This document shows positions 62,427 through 64,000 of a DNA stretch of 64,000 bases, piece by piece (within the stretch, counting starts at the first letter, position 1; every line of letters begins with the position of its first letter). The translations under genes were made by a program, and so were the position numbers. The notes under the pieces were generated by a model. The model made no database searches. It saw nothing but the letters and a program-made list of their open reading frames with translations, and had not been told where the DNA came from. The stretch is from Octopus vulgaris (lineage: Eukaryota). The DNA is taken from assembly GCA_951406725.2 (NCBI GenBank), contig OX597815.1, forward strand, positions 78,244,001 to 78,308,000, read 5' to 3'.

Positions 62427-62944
62427 GTGAGTATATCTAAAGATTCTTCAGTTTAATCAACCGTGTCGACTGCTTGACATCTCAAGAGTAAAACGTGATG
62501 TACACCTAATCCAGGGGCCGAGAAACTTCTTTAACCAATTACTCCTCTATATATATATATATTTACGCCGACGTTACCGCCTTGATTTGAAAGGAAGAAA
62601 ATCATAGTTTGAATTTAAAAGGTTTATTGAATCTATTTTATTGTATCTACTTATAATGAATCTATTTACACGTTTATTACATTGGACAGATGTAGCAGTA
62701 CCAGAAGAAAATTTTCTGTCGTAACAAGGAACACGTTTTTTTATATAATTTTACTTATGCCTAATGAGTCCTCATTACCCTCAAGAATTTCATTTTTATC
62801 CCACTTGGGGTAATTTCCCTGCTTCGCGACATCTGTTCTAGTCGTTACATTACTTTATCTATTTTCTGCCATATATATTATAGTGACATTGTAAGTAATT
62901 GCATGTAATCTTGTAAATCATATTTTAATATGTTGCTATAACTA

Positions 62945-63385
62945 AGGGAGCGGCGAAGTGACAAAACCGCTAGCACACCGGCTAAAATGCTTAGCGGCAT
63001 TTCGTTCGTCTTCATGTTCTGAGTTCAAATTCCGCCGAGATCGACTTTGCCGTTCTTCCTTTCGGGGTCGATAAAATAAGTACCAGTTGAACACTAAGGT
63101 CGATGTAATCAATCAGCCCTCTCACCCGAAGTTACCAAAGTTTGAAACTAATATATTGCTTTAAGTAAGGCGGTGAGCTAACAGAATCGTTAGTACGCCG
63201 GACAAAATGCTTAGCGGCATTTCGTCCGTCTTTACGTCCTGAATACTAATTCCGCCGAGGTCGACTTTGCTTTCATTCTTTCTGGGTTGATAAAATAAGT
63301 ACCAGTTGAGCAGTGGGGTCGATGTAATTGACTTTCCCTCTCCCAAAATCGCTTGCCTTATTCCTAAATTTGAAATCAATATATT
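62945..63385 (+). mobile_element. Two tandem family A SINEs
   Basis: Copies at ~62945-63155 and ~63165-63385. Confidence 0.85.
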
Positions 63386-63439
63386 GCTATAATTATATGG
63401 TCACACTCATATGTCTACAAACAGTTATAATGACACACT

Positions 63440-63990
63440 AAAGTTTCGATATTTAACAGCTGACCTGGAAGGCACCCACAATATTATCCATTTTTCCAAC
63501 CACAACTGTGACTAACTTTTTAAATCCAATACCTCTACTACTCATGGACATGCTCATAATCTTTTTTTTTTTAATCGCAGCACCCTTGACTTTCGAAAAC
63601 ATTTTTCCACGCTCTGAATTGTTGAAGCATAGAATAAACTTCCCATATTAATTGTTAGCTGTCAGAACACTGCATCCATCAAAATTTCCATGCTTCCTGG
63701 AATTCACCAGCATTACTCCTGATAGACCTTTGCACGCTTTCCTCTTTGTGGCTCTTTTAATGTTCACTTTTCTGTCTTTTATCCTATGTACTATGTATGT
63801 GCTGCGAGCTCCTATTGCTGTCTTTCTTTACTTGAGTTGTATGTCTGCTTTCTATTCCCTCTTATACCTATTCCGACAAGCTTTAATGCATCTGAATACT
63901 GAATACATCAGCTCATTATATTATTCTTTAAGTACAATAAGTTTCTCTCTCAAAACAGAAGATATAATTTTCTAAAGTGATATCGTAGAA
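63440..63990 (-). mobile_element. Possible Mutator/MULE transposase remnant
   Basis: FDGCSVLTANN*YGKFILCF...KMF loosely resembles the MULE 'DG.FL...Y.G.LL.A....N..FP.A' block. Confidence 0.25.
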
Positions 63991-64000
63991 GTCATATTCG

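Overview
Eukaryotic, repeat-dense, AT-rich genomic DNA. The SINE/LINE families and microsatellite load resemble an octopus (coleoid cephalopod); this is inferred from recalled repeat families, not proven. Host genes: (1) a five-coding-exon hydroxylysine kinase (HYKK/AGPHD1-like, + strand, 12949-28171). I assembled it by hand with consistent GT-AG phases: 1197 nt, 398 aa. (2) A single-coding-exon HDHD3-like HAD hydrolase (+, 55747-56466, 239 aa). (3) A probable first exon of an unidentified secreted protein or peptide (+, 62344-62426), which the ORF track misses. Nearly everything else is decayed mobile DNA: Tx1/L1, R4/Dong, RTE, CR1/L2 and Penelope-like retroelements, Gypsy remnants, two tRNA-derived SINE families, Tc1/mariner, hAT, piggyBac MITEs and Helitrons. 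Three structural signals stand out. First, a 627-bp TA-flanked foldback element whose arms each carry an outward-facing tRNA-type Pol III promoter followed by a hammerhead-ribozyme-like core. Second, a repeated, geometrically consistent pattern in which 5'-truncated retroposons are joined to inverted copies of their own upstream flank. Third, a Helitron carrying an inverted copy of its own 3' end within a head-to-tail Helitron train. Boundaries of degraded repeats are approximate, and no database searches were possible.
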